DNA of 64,000 bases from Patescibacteria group bacterium. Lineage in GTDB: Bacteria > Patescibacteriota > Minisyncoccia > RBG-13-40-8-A. The first letter of the stretch is position 1, and every line of letters starts with the position of its first letter. Both the position numbers and the translations under genes were made by a program. Shown here piece after piece: positions 1 to 8,912 of the stretch. Location of the stretch: assembly GCA_043807255.1 (NCBI GenBank), contig JAZDGD010000001.1, positions 8,464-72,463 of the forward strand. The letters run 5' to 3'. The notes beneath the pieces were generated by a model. That model was not told where the DNA came from, did no database searches, and was given only the letters and a program-made list of their open reading frames with translations.

Positions 1-14
1 AATCAAAGAATAAT

Positions 15-734
15 ATGGAAGTTATAAATATCGACATTATTAACAATTCGGTTTTGAAACTTTTGTACGAACATCGTTATATTTTCGCTTTTTTGGGAGC
101 ATTGTTTGAGGGAACGTTTATCATGATTTTAAGCGGGGTTTTATTAAGGTTTGGTTACTTTAATTTTTTTGATTTAATCGTGGTATTAATTGTTGGTTAT
201 TTTTTGAATGGTTTACTTTGGTTTGTGCTTGGGAGAATTGCCGGGCATACAATTGTTGATAAGTGGATAAAACATTTTAAAACAGGGAAGAGGTTTGCAG
301 ACAAGATAGAAGGATATTTTAAGGAGCACAGTTATAGGACAATTTTCTTAACCAGAATTACTTATGGGATTAGTATGTTTAGTTTTATGATTGCTGGGAG
401 TTTAAAAATGAATTGGAAAAAATTTATAACCATAAGTTTATTGGCAACGGTTGGTTGGGTGTTGTTGGTGGGTGGCATTGGTTATGGTTTTGGTGCAAGC
501 ATACAATCATTGAGTAGCGTGACCAAGGGCGTAACAATTGGCATTTCTTTAACCATAATAGCGGTTATGATTTTATTTGCCCTATCAATTGTTTATTGGT
601 TAAGATATTTTGCGCGAACGAAGTTTGTGCAAGAATTAGAAAATCATGATTCAATAATTTTAAGTAAAATTGGTGAAACAATTAGAAAATCGTTTCATCA
701 CAAAAAAAATGATAAAGAAACTTTCGATAAATAA
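15..734 (+). CDS. DedA/VTT family membrane protein
   Basis: Hydrophobic 239-aa protein with DedA-like motifs (LGALFEG, GRIAG, FLTRITYG, AGSLKM). Confidence 0.85.
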   Translation: MEVINIDIINNSVLKLLYEHRYIFAFLGALFEGTFIMILSGVLLRFGYFNFFDLIVVLIVGYFLNGLLWFVLGRIAGHTIVDKWIKHFKTGKRFADKIEGYFKEHSYRTIFLTRITYGISMFSFMIAGSLKMNWKKFITISLLATVGWVLLVGGIGYGFGASIQSLSSVTKGVTIGISLTIIAVMILFALSIVYWLRYFARTKFVQELENHDSIILSKIGETIRKSFHHKKNDKETFDK

Positions 735-1329
735 AATAGTTTTCTTTTTAATTAAAGCAGATTTTTTCTTTTTTTCAGCATTGGGTTTGGTCGCACCAAT
801 TTTTGCGGTCTTTTTAACGGAAAAATTAAAAGATGGAAGCATTGAAGTTGCTGGTTTTGCAGTGGCAATTTATTGGATTACAAAGTCAATTTTTGAAATT
901 CCTATAGCAAAATTTTTAGACAAGAGAAGGGGAGAGAAAGATGATTTATTGTTTTTGGTCGCAGGGTATTTTGTGGTGGGATTGATTCATTTTGGATATA
1001 CTCAAGCAACTTTGTCTTGGCATATTTATATATTGGAGGCATTATATGGTATTGCTATGGCGATTGCTATGCCTGGTTGGTCGGCAATGTTTACCAGGCA
1101 CATTGACAAGGGCAAGGAGGGCTTTGAGTGGAGCATAGAACATGTTGCTTATAGTATCGGAGTGGGAATTGCGGGTGCATTAAGCGGAATTTTGGTTGCA
1201 AGATATGGATTTAATGTTGTGTTTATAATTGCCGGAGTCGTAGCAATTATTGGTTCACTAATTCCATTATTTGTTTACAAAGACGTTAATATTGGCGGAG
1301 ATAATAAAATAAGATTTTTAAAACCATGA
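709..1329 (+). CDS. Half-size MFS-type transporter
   Basis: About 6 TM segments with an MFS motif A-like AKFLDKRRGEK; ATG at 709 preferred over TTG at 670. Confidence 0.7.
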   Translation: MIKKLSINKIVFFLIKADFFFFSALGLVAPIFAVFLTEKLKDGSIEVAGFAVAIYWITKSIFEIPIAKFLDKRRGEKDDLLFLVAGYFVVGLIHFGYTQATLSWHIYILEALYGIAMAIAMPGWSAMFTRHIDKGKEGFEWSIEHVAYSIGVGIAGALSGILVARYGFNVVFIIAGVVAIIGSLIPLFVYKDVNIGGDNKIRFLKP

Positions 1330-1523
1330 TTACAAAAGAAATGAAAATAGAGGAGGTATTACAAAAATATCCAGAAACAATGGAAATTTTTATGAAATAC
1401 GGATTTCATTGTTTGGGTTGTGCGTCAGCAAGTTTTGAAAACGTTGAAGATGGTGCGACCGTTCATGGAATTGATATTGATAAATTTATTGAGGAATTAA
1501 ACGCAACAATAGAAAAGAAATAA
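1326..1523 (+). CDS. DUF1858 domain protein
   Basis: ITKEMKIEEVLQKYPET...GFHCLGC...GATVHGID signature. Confidence 0.85.
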   Translation: MITKEMKIEEVLQKYPETMEIFMKYGFHCLGCASASFENVEDGATVHGIDIDKFIEELNATIEKK

Positions 1524-1574
1524 AATAAATTGTATAAATTGTATTTTTTGTCAGATATGGTATCATATAATTAT

Positions 1575-2111
1575 ATGAATATATCAATACCAAAATTAAA
1601 AGCAATTCTATTATATTTTAGTAATTTTACTGAAAGAAAATTTTTAGGAAAAGTGAAGTTAATGAAATTATTTTACTTCTTGGACTTTATGCACGTAAAA
1701 AAATATGGATCACCAGTTACATATGATAATTATGTGAACCTAGAGCACGGTCCAATACCCTCTTCTATTAAAAATTTAGTAGATACCGCAGATGATGATA
1801 TTGATAATTCTATTTTGGCTGATACAATATCGTTCGAAAAGATGGATGGCGAGGGAATTCATAGAATTATTCCGAAGAGAAAATTTACAGAACAGGACAA
1901 AGAATATTTTTCTACAACAGAATTTGATATTTTAACGGAGGTCTGTAAAAAATTCGGGGATAAAAATACCAAATATATAGAAGAAGCTTCTCATAATGAA
2001 TCTCCGTGGAAAGAAACTAAATTTCTAGGGCTGATCCCGTACGCATTAGCTGCCAATGATCCAGATTGCATAGCAAGAAAAGAGGAGATAGAAATGATAG
2101 TAAATCTATAA
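1575..2111 (+). CDS. Panacea (DUF4065/SocA-like) antitoxin-domain protein
   Basis: KLMKLFYFLDF, HGPIP and SHNESPW motifs; ATG 1575 lies 8 nt after TGgTATCAT. Confidence 0.8.
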   Translation: MNISIPKLKAILLYFSNFTERKFLGKVKLMKLFYFLDFMHVKKYGSPVTYDNYVNLEHGPIPSSIKNLVDTADDDIDNSILADTISFEKMDGEGIHRIIPKRKFTEQDKEYFSTTEFDILTEVCKKFGDKNTKYIEEASHNESPWKETKFLGLIPYALAANDPDCIARKEEIEMIVNL

Positions 2112-2114
2112 ATT

Positions 2115-2507
2115 ATGAAGTCGTCAGAATTTGGAGATATTTTTGAATACGAACAAAGAGACTGGATTTTCCTTGCAAAAATTGGAGACATTATGAGTGC
2201 GTGTCGAATATTGGACACAGAGGAAACAAGGAAAATTAATAGTCTCTATGAGTATCGGAGCAAAAGGAACGAAAATTGTATAAACCAAAGTATTTTTTGT
2301 TTTGTGGTATTACAAACAGAAGGGTTTAAAGGTAGAATGGCCCATTTTGCAAAATCTGAATTGGGCGACGTAAAATCTATTTTGTACAAAACAGAAGTGA
2401 AGTTGGATAAAGAGGATTTAATAAAAATTAAAAAAGAAATAGAGAATTTAAATAGTTCTGTGTCTGGCGGGTTGAGAAAAATTATAAAGAATATAGAGAT
2501 AAAATAA
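2115..2507 (+). CDS. Hypothetical protein, candidate toxin partner of the Panacea protein
   Basis: 130 aa, starts 3 nt after the Panacea gene and is followed by a terminator. Confidence 0.55.
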   Translation: MKSSEFGDIFEYEQRDWIFLAKIGDIMSACRILDTEETRKINSLYEYRSKRNENCINQSIFCFVVLQTEGFKGRMAHFAKSELGDVKSILYKTEVKLDKEDLIKIKKEIENLNSSVSGGLRKIIKNIEIK

Positions 2508-2524
2508 AATCATTATTTATTATT

Positions 2525-2549
2525 AAAATCGCCAAATAGGCGGTTTTTT
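2525..2549 (+). terminator. Intrinsic terminator
   Basis: AAAATCGCC-AAATA-GGCGGTTTT hairpin with T tract. Confidence 0.6.
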
Positions 2550-2565
2550 GATATAATAAATCTGT

Positions 2566-4311
2566 ATGACCAATCAGGAGATTTCGCATATTTTAAATAA
2601 TATCGCCGAATATTTAGCGATGGATGATGTCCCATTTAAGCCGCGTGCTTACGAAAAAGCAGCAGTTAGTATTGAAGCACTCGACGAGAGTGTTTTTGAC
2701 ATTTATAAAACTGGCGGGATAAAAGCATTAGAAAATATATCATCTATTGGCAAAGGAATTGCCTTCAAGATTGAAGAATATATTAAAACAGGGAAAATAA
2801 AAGAATATGAACAATTAAAAAAGAAGGTGCCAGTTGATTTAGAAGCATTAACGGCAATTGAGGGGATTGGACCAAAAAGTATTTTAAAATTATATAAAGA
2901 ATTGGGGGTTAAAAATGTTAAAGACCTAGAAATGGCTGCTAAAAATAAAAAAATTAGAAATATTGAAGGATTCGGGCAAAAAACCGAAGACAATATTTTA
3001 ATGTCGATTCAATTTTTGAAAAATTCTGATGGCAGATTTCCTCTGGGATATGTTTTGAATGATTTAAGAAACATTGAGCAAAAAATTAAAAGAATAAAGG
3101 GAGTTAAAAAAACATTATTAAGCGGGTCTGTGCGTAGAATGAAAGAAGATATTGGTGATGCCGATATTCTAGTAGCAGTTGATAACAAAGAAGACACAAA
3201 AGACATTGTAAGCTATTTTATTAATATGCCGGAAGTAGCGCATATTTTTAGCCACGGAGACACCAAGTCATCCGTAAAATTAAAAAATCACATTAATTTT
3301 GATATGCGAGTTGTTGAGGAAAAGAGTTTCGGCGCTGCTTCGCAGTATTTTACGGGAAGCAAGGATCATAATATTGCACTAAGGAAAATTGCGATTAAAA
3401 AAGGATTAAAATTGAATGAATACGGGATTTTTCGAATTAAAAGTCAAAAGTCAAAAATTAAAAGTTTGGCGGAAACAGAAGAAGGGGTTTATAAAAAATT
3501 AGGACTACAATGGATTCCGCCAGAGATGAGAGAAAATAAAGGCGAGATCGAACTTGCTCAGAAGAATAAACTTCCCAATTTAATAAAATACAACGACCTT
3601 AAAGGCGATTTGCAGATGCATTCAACCTGGTCAGATGGATTAAATACAATTGAAGAGATGGCAAATAAAGCAATGGATATGGGATTAGAATATATTGCAA
3701 TTACTGACCATGTTCGGGGCATGTTTGGCAATAAATTAAACGAAAAAGGATTAAGTAAGCAATGGGAAGAAATAGATGAGATAAATCAAAAATTAAAAGT
3801 CAAAAATCAAAAATTCAAAATACTGAAGGGGTGTGAGGTTGATATAATGAATGATGGGAGTTTGTATATGAAAGATGAAATTTTAGAGAAATTTGATATT
3901 GTTGGCGCAGCAATTCATTCTAATTTTAAAATGTCTAAAGAAAAAATGACCGAAAGAATTGTTCGGGCGATGAGAAATCCTAATGTTGATATAATTTTTC
4001 ATCCCACTGGTCGGCTTATTGGTGCGAGAGCTCCGTTTGAAGTTGACATTGAAAAAATTATTCAAGTCGCCAAGGAGACAAATACGATTCTGGAAATCAA
4101 TTCTTATTTTAATCGTTTAGATTTAAAAGACGAATATGTGCGTATGGCAAAAAACGCAGGAGTAAAAATTTCCATTGATTCTGATGCACACAGTATTTCG
4201 CATTTTCAATATTTAGAATTAGGCATCGCCCAAGCCCGCAGGGGGTGGTTAGAAAGAAAAGACGTCATCAACGTTTGGCCACTAGATAAAATGTTAAAAA
4301 TGCTAAAATGA
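2566..4311 (+). CDS. polX: DNA polymerase X / PHP exonuclease
   Basis: HhH motifs, GSVRR..GDADILV, YFTGSKDHN; PHP motifs DLQMHS, TDH, SDAH. Confidence 0.95.
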   Translation: MTNQEISHILNNIAEYLAMDDVPFKPRAYEKAAVSIEALDESVFDIYKTGGIKALENISSIGKGIAFKIEEYIKTGKIKEYEQLKKKVPVDLEALTAIEGIGPKSILKLYKELGVKNVKDLEMAAKNKKIRNIEGFGQKTEDNILMSIQFLKNSDGRFPLGYVLNDLRNIEQKIKRIKGVKKTLLSGSVRRMKEDIGDADILVAVDNKEDTKDIVSYFINMPEVAHIFSHGDTKSSVKLKNHINFDMRVVEEKSFGAASQYFTGSKDHNIALRKIAIKKGLKLNEYGIFRIKSQKSKIKSLAETEEGVYKKLGLQWIPPEMRENKGEIELAQKNKLPNLIKYNDLKGDLQMHSTWSDGLNTIEEMANKAMDMGLEYIAITDHVRGMFGNKLNEKGLSKQWEEIDEINQKLKVKNQKFKILKGCEVDIMNDGSLYMKDEILEKFDIVGAAIHSNFKMSKEKMTERIVRAMRNPNVDIIFHPTGRLIGARAPFEVDIEKIIQVAKETNTILEINSYFNRLDLKDEYVRMAKNAGVKISIDSDAHSISHFQYLELGIAQARRGWLERKDVINVWPLDKMLKMLK

Positions 4312-4730
4312 ATAAATTTTTGAAATTTTGGTTGCCAGTTGTGGTTTGGGCGGGGTTGATATTTGTTTTATCCTCAATCCCAAGTCTAAAAACAAATCTG
4401 GAACAAGATTTTTTGTTAAGAAAGATTGCACATATTGTTGAATTCGGCATTTTAACCTTCTTATTATATAGGGCTATATCCGCCCAGGGCCTGCCTGCCG
4501 GCAAGGCAGGCGGATCGCCCTGCAGGGCAATCATCTATTCTTTTATTTTTGCATTATTTTACGCCTTTTCCGACGAACTACATCAATATTATGTTCCGGG
4601 TAGGCATTGTAGCTTAAAAGATGTTGGAATTGATAGTGTCGGTATTCTTATTTTTTCATTGGCGTGTTATTATAAAAATAGAAAGGCGCCGTTCCCCGTA
4701 GGGAACAGCGCCAGTAGGTCAGGCTATTAG
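4308..4730 (+). CDS. VanZ family membrane protein
   Basis: RKIAHIVEFGIL and SDELHQYYVPGR..S..DV..D motifs. Confidence 0.9.
   Translation: MNKFLKFWLPVVVWAGLIFVLSSIPSLKTNLEQDFLLRKIAHIVEFGILTFLLYRAISAQGLPAGKAGGSPCRAIIYSFIFALFYAFSDELHQYYVPGRHCSLKDVGIDSVGILIFSLACYYKNRKAPFPVGNSASRSGY
4672..4712 (-). terminator. Intrinsic terminator of the minus-strand beta-barrel-like gene
   Basis: Minus strand GGCGCTGTTCCC-TACG-GGGAACGGCGCC followed by TTTCTATTTTT. Confidence 0.75.
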
Positions 4731-4737
4731 TTCAAGC

Positions 4738-5673
4738 TTAGAACAGCTTGAAATTCAGACCGGCCGAAATGCCGGGGGCAAACCCGACTTGGCCCTGAAT
4801 GAACAATTCGGCGAAGTTCATCTCAACGCCGACACGGAAGATATTAACGAACCCGAAACTCGTCGCGCGAATCTCGAATTCGTTCTTGTCGTAGAACGAA
4901 TCGTACGAGCCGTAATAGGAATCGTGGAACCAGTTTTCCTGGTATCCCACGCCGGAATAGGTGGTACCCAAGAACAAGGCCCTGATTCCGGCGGACGCAT
5001 GTAAGATCGCGTTGCCGACGTTGGTCTTGTACGACATGTCGAACCCGGCAGAGAATTCGGAGTGAGACATCTTACGGATATTGGCCTGTTCGGCGTAATA
5101 TCCGTAAGACATCCACCCGAATCCCTCGGTACGGTAGTTGTGGATATTGGAATCCACGGACGACTCGTCCTGCCAGAGATATCTGGCGGTCAGGTTAGTG
5201 AAGAAATGTTCATTGTTGAACGGAATTGTCCATTCAATCTCTCCACCGAAGATCAGCCCGAGTTCGGACTTGTTCTTGAACGGCGTGAAATCGTGTTGCC
5301 GTTCGAACTGTCCGTCCCAACCGTCGTATTTCTCGACGGTCTCGATGGTGCCCCGATAGTAGTCGTAGGCGAGGTTGCCCGTGCCCACGATGCCGGAGAT
5401 CCGGAAGTTCTTGGAGACGAACGAGACTTCGCAGTAGATCCGCGAAACCTGTTCTTCTCCGTCGAGTTCCGAAAGCTTGGTAACCGTGTGCCGGTCATAG
5501 CGTCGGACATCAACTATTTTGGTGTCGTCTCCGAATCCTTTGTACGAGAGATCCTCTCGCACGATGCTGATCTGGAATCCCTTGACCCAGCTGGCCTTCT
5601 CTTCGAACGACATCGCCGAGGCCGAGGAGAGGAGCAATACCACCATCGCCAACAAGACATAAAACTTTTTCAC
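4738..5673 (-). CDS. Secreted protein, outer-membrane beta-barrel-like, GC-rich relative to host
   Basis: GTG start at 5673 after AAGGAGG; signal peptide KKFYVLLAMVVLLLSSASA; alternating beta-strand pattern; C-terminal GLNFKLF. Confidence 0.7.
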   Translation of the reverse strand: MKKFYVLLAMVVLLLSSASAMSFEEKASWVKGFQISIVREDLSYKGFGDDTKIVDVRRYDRHTVTKLSELDGEEQVSRIYCEVSFVSKNFRISGIVGTGNLAYDYYRGTIETVEKYDGWDGQFERQHDFTPFKNKSELGLIFGGEIEWTIPFNNEHFFTNLTARYLWQDESSVDSNIHNYRTEGFGWMSYGYYAEQANIRKMSHSEFSAGFDMSYKTNVGNAILHASAGIRALFLGTTYSGVGYQENWFHDSYYGSYDSFYDKNEFEIRATSFGFVNIFRVGVEMNFAELFIQGQVGFAPGISAGLNFKLF

Positions 5674-5715
5674 TAGAACCTCCTTAAAAGATTGTGGACT
5701 AAGTCCAGTATATAC

Positions 5716-5743
5716 ATTATAGCACATACAAAGAATTTGTCAA
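5716..5743 (-). promoter_or_regulatory. Sigma70 promoter
   Basis: Minus strand TTGACA-16 nt-TATAAT with extended TGn. Confidence 0.75.
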
Positions 5744-5796
5744 CTAAAAAAGTCGAGATTTGGATTAATTGGAATAATTAAAATAATTAGAAATTT

Positions 5797-7233
5797 ATGA
5801 ATAATGATTTAATTAATTACATAAAACAATGTCGCGAACAAAAGATTTCTGATGGGCAAATCAGAACCGCTCTTTTAGGTGCGGGGTGGAAGGTAGAAGA
5901 TATAAATGAAGGATTTAATTCATTTAATGGCATAAACGTCCCTGCGCCGAGTGCTTCCAATAGTGTTGGCGGCAAATTGGCATCAGCGCCACAAATTTTA
6001 AAAGAGGCGTGGGGAATTTATAAAAAAAGATTTTTGGTTTTTGTCCTTTTAACAATAATCCCGCTGATTTTAACCACCATATTGATTGCCGTGGTTGGTG
6101 GTGTGGGCTTGTTGGGATTGGCTCTTATTTTTACTGGTCTTGCTGTTTGGAAAATTATATCATTTGCTTTAATAGCAATTTTGTTGTTCTTTTTGTTTAC
6201 AGCTACTCACGTATGGGGACAGGCATCATTAATTTATGCGATTAATGAAAATGAGTCTGGGTTAAAATTTATAGAAGCAATTAAAAAGGGTTGGCATAAA
6301 ATATTCCCTTATTGGATAGTTTCGGCATTGATTGGTGTTATTGTTATGTGTGGGTCGATGCTTTTTCTTGTTCCGGGAATTCTTTTTATGGTTTGGTTTT
6401 CTCTCGCCTTTTTTGTTTTGACAGTTGAAGACACGAAGGGCATGAGCGCTCTTTATAAGAGCAGGGAATATGTTCGAAACCATTGGTGGGCGGTACTGTG
6501 GAGGTTGATTTTTATGTGTCTAATTTCTGTGGTTATTTCTCAAATTTTTAGTTGGATATTTAAATTGATAAATGTCGGCTGGATAGAAATGATCGGTACT
6601 TTATTGGTTTCGTGCGTTCTGCTTCCGCTAATGTTGGTTTATAATTTCTTAACTTATAAAAAATTAAAAGAGTTGAAAGGAGATTTTGTTTTTGTCCCAG
6701 ACAAAAGTACTAGGACTGGCGTAAGAATCGTGGTGATTATAGTGATCACGCTCTTAGTCCTTGGTATTGTCGCAAACTTTCTTTTGGCCGGATTTTTGAT
6801 AAAACGGAATTCTTCAAATAATAACTTACAAAATCCTCAATCTAATGATCCACGAAGAAATCAATCGGTTAGTTACGAAATTGGATCAAGAGACGCCAGA
6901 AGAAGAAGTGATATTATTCTAACGGTTTTCGCGCTTCAAATGTATTACGACGATAATGGTAGTTATCCGAAAACTAACGGATGTAATGTTGATAGCTGGA
7001 GTTTAATGATGAGCACATTGCAAGATAAGAAGATTCTGTCGAATGTTCCGACCGATCCATTAAATTCTGGAGATTACACGTATAAATATAGTAGTGACGG
7101 CAAAGACTATATTTTAAGCGCCTATTTTGAGGATTCTACTAATCATTATTTAGGTACGGACGTTGATGGTGTTATTATGGGTTGTGATTGTGGTGATTCA
7201 CATTATTGTCTTGATTCAGATACTCGTTATTAA
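5797..7233 (+). CDS. Multi-pass membrane protein with N-terminal helical module and C-terminal pilin/T2SS-G-like domain
   Basis: Several TM segments; SRDARRRSDI...ALQMYYDDNGSYP...VPTDP pattern and C-terminal cysteines. Confidence 0.7.
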   Translation: MNNDLINYIKQCREQKISDGQIRTALLGAGWKVEDINEGFNSFNGINVPAPSASNSVGGKLASAPQILKEAWGIYKKRFLVFVLLTIIPLILTTILIAVVGGVGLLGLALIFTGLAVWKIISFALIAILLFFLFTATHVWGQASLIYAINENESGLKFIEAIKKGWHKIFPYWIVSALIGVIVMCGSMLFLVPGILFMVWFSLAFFVLTVEDTKGMSALYKSREYVRNHWWAVLWRLIFMCLISVVISQIFSWIFKLINVGWIEMIGTLLVSCVLLPLMLVYNFLTYKKLKELKGDFVFVPDKSTRTGVRIVVIIVITLLVLGIVANFLLAGFLIKRNSSNNNLQNPQSNDPRRNQSVSYEIGSRDARRRSDIILTVFALQMYYDDNGSYPKTNGCNVDSWSLMMSTLQDKKILSNVPTDPLNSGDYTYKYSSDGKDYILSAYFEDSTNHYLGTDVDGVIMGCDCGDSHYCLDSDTRY

Positions 7234-7265
7234 TCAATAAAAAGGTCGGTAATTATAAAATAGAA

Positions 7266-7339
7266 GCAGATAATCGCAGATTAAGACGCAGATAAACGCA
7301 GATCAGCGTAAATCGGCGCTTAGATCCGCGTAGATCTGC
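7266..7339. repeat. ACGCAGAT-type imperfect inverted repeat (REP/REPIN-like)
   Basis: Four GCAGAT units followed by four inverted ATC(A/G/C/T)GC units; half copies at 26226-26263 and 29300-29337. Confidence 0.8.
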
Positions 7340-7349
7340 ATATAATTGT

Positions 7350-7721
7350 ATGTTTTATTCATTTTTTGGTTTAGGATTTGTGGCGGGATTTTTGATTATC
7401 GTAGGCATTCTTTTTCTACTAGTGAATTTGGGAATAATCAGTGCTGCGGTTTGGGCGTGGTGGCCAATACTGTTGATTGTTATTGGAATTTATATTTTAA
7501 CTTTAAAAAAGAGAAGAAAGAAAATTGCTGTGCACAATATTTTCTCAAAACTTGCTTCTAACGATAAAATTCAATCGAAACTTAATAAAATTATTGAAAC
7601 CGTTGATCAGGTGGTTGAGAAAAAAATAGATGAATGGCACGACGAAGCAATGAGCGAAAAGGGGGAAGAGGAAATAAGAACAAATGAAACCCATCACACA
7701 AAATCGAAGGTCCAGTTATGA
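7350..7721 (+). CDS. LiaF-TM/DUF5668-like small membrane protein
   Basis: GILFLLVNLGII...WWPILLIVIGI motif. Confidence 0.7.
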   Translation: MFYSFFGLGFVAGFLIIVGILFLLVNLGIISAAVWAWWPILLIVIGIYILTLKKRRKKIAVHNIFSKLASNDKIQSKLNKIIETVDQVVEKKIDEWHDEAMSEKGEEEIRTNETHHTKSKVQL

Positions 7722-8133
7722 TTATGAAATATTAGAAACCTACGAGGCTGGTTTAGTGCTTTTTGGTTTTGAGGTGAAAGCAATAAAAACCGGCCATGTT
7801 AGTTTAACTGGCTCATTTGTTACAACCAAAGGCGGAGAGCTTTTTTTGACCAACGCCCTGGTCCCGCCCTATCAACCCAAAAACACTCCCATTGACTACG
7901 ACCAATCACGGCCAAGAAAGCTTCTATTAAATAGGTCCGAAATTAGTTCGTTGATTGGTAAATTAAAAGCCAAAGGGTTGACATTGGTACCAATTCGGTT
8001 ATATACTAAGAAGAACAGAATAAAGCTTGAATTCGGCATAGCCAAAGGAAGAAAGAAGGCCGACAAGCGAGAAGTAATAAAGAAGAGAGAATTTGGCAGA
8101 GAAAAAGAAAGAATTATTAAGGGGGGAATCTAA
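7684..8133 (+). CDS. smpB: SsrA-binding protein
   Basis: YEAGLVLFGFEVKAIK, RKLLL, GLTLVP, DKRE motifs. Confidence 0.97.
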   Translation: MKPITQNRRSSYDYEILETYEAGLVLFGFEVKAIKTGHVSLTGSFVTTKGGELFLTNALVPPYQPKNTPIDYDQSRPRKLLLNRSEISSLIGKLKAKGLTLVPIRLYTKKNRIKLEFGIAKGRKKADKREVIKKREFGREKERIIKGGI

Positions 8134-8134
8134 A

Positions 8135-8404
8135 ATGTTTTATCTTTATATTCTGTATAGCGAAAAAGATAAGAGATTATATGTTGGGCAAACAAATAAT
8201 TTAAAAAATCGATTAAATCGTCATAACCTAGGATTGGTCTTGGCGACCAAGGGCAGAAGACCATTGTGCTTGATTCACGAAGAAGAATATCAAACCAGAA
8301 GAGAGGCAGTTAAAAGAGAATATTTTTTAAAGAGTTTGTGGGGTGCGAGAGAAAAGAAAAAGATTTTAGAAACGTATTTAAATGAAGTAAGGGCTAAACC
8401 CTAG
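8135..8404 (+). CDS. Small stand-alone GIY-YIG nuclease
   Basis: YLYILYS..D.RLYVGQTNNL..RL.RHN.G...TKGRRP...E motif; ATG at 8135. Confidence 0.9.
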   Translation: MFYLYILYSEKDKRLYVGQTNNLKNRLNRHNLGLVLATKGRRPLCLIHEEEYQTRREAVKREYFLKSLWGAREKKKILETYLNEVRAKP

Positions 8405-8470
8405 ATTCGCCAAGGGCGAATCGGGTCGCCCCGAACATAACTGATTTTAAAATCAGTTATGTTCTAGGGG
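8399..8470. repeat. Twin-hairpin element (CCCTA..CGGG / CCCGA..TAGGG)
   Basis: GATTCGCC-AAG-GGCGAATC plus a perfect 32-bp palindrome at 8433-8464. Confidence 0.75.
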
Positions 8471-8821
8471 GGCGCTAGGTTTCGATCGAAGATCTTTTTA
8501 AAATATGCAAGTCGAGGATTCTAGTATCTCGTTAAAATCTAGAAAAAATAAACGCAAATACAAATTTTGCTTTTGCTACAGCTTAATTTAAGTTGAAGCC
8601 ACTTTGATGGAGATTCTCAATAGGCTATTAAAGTGTTATAGTGTCGAAAGACACTTGAGATAGATATTATGATGCCCAAGTCGTAATATCGAAAATAATT
8701 GGGTAGGATTATTCAAATTTTTGTTTGTTTATGATTTGAATGATTACAACAAACAAACTAAACTTGTAGAATTGTTTTAAAAAAACTTTGACACAGGAGT
8801 TCGATTCTCCTCACCTCCACC
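8468..8821 (+). ncRNA. ssrA: tmRNA
   Basis: 5' GGGGGCG..GGTTTCGA; 3' T-arm AGGAG-TTCGATT-CTCCT and CACCTCCACC; tag ORF 8554-8586 encodes ANTNFAFATA*; close to smpB. Confidence 0.93.
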
Positions 8822-8881
8822 CTAAACAAAAATTACTTTGTAATTTTTGTCGGGTGCCCGATCATTAAAAATGATTTAGGG
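8820..8881. repeat. Twin-hairpin element, second copy
   Basis: CCCTAA-ACAAAAATTAC-TTT-GTAATTTTTGT-CGGG-TG-CCCG-ATCATT-AAA-AATGAT-TTAGGG. Confidence 0.7.
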
Positions 8882-8912
8882 CATTCCAAAAGATAAATTA
8901 ACAAAAACATAA

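Noticed and set aside
5062-5676. 204-aa plus-strand ORF and other overlapping ORFs in the GC-rich island
   Set aside because: These are antisense shadows of the GC-rich minus-strand gene, which has the promoter, SD, signal peptide and terminator.
7266-7339. CRISPR array
   Set aside because: Units are only about 10 nt with no unique spacers, and no cas genes are in the window.
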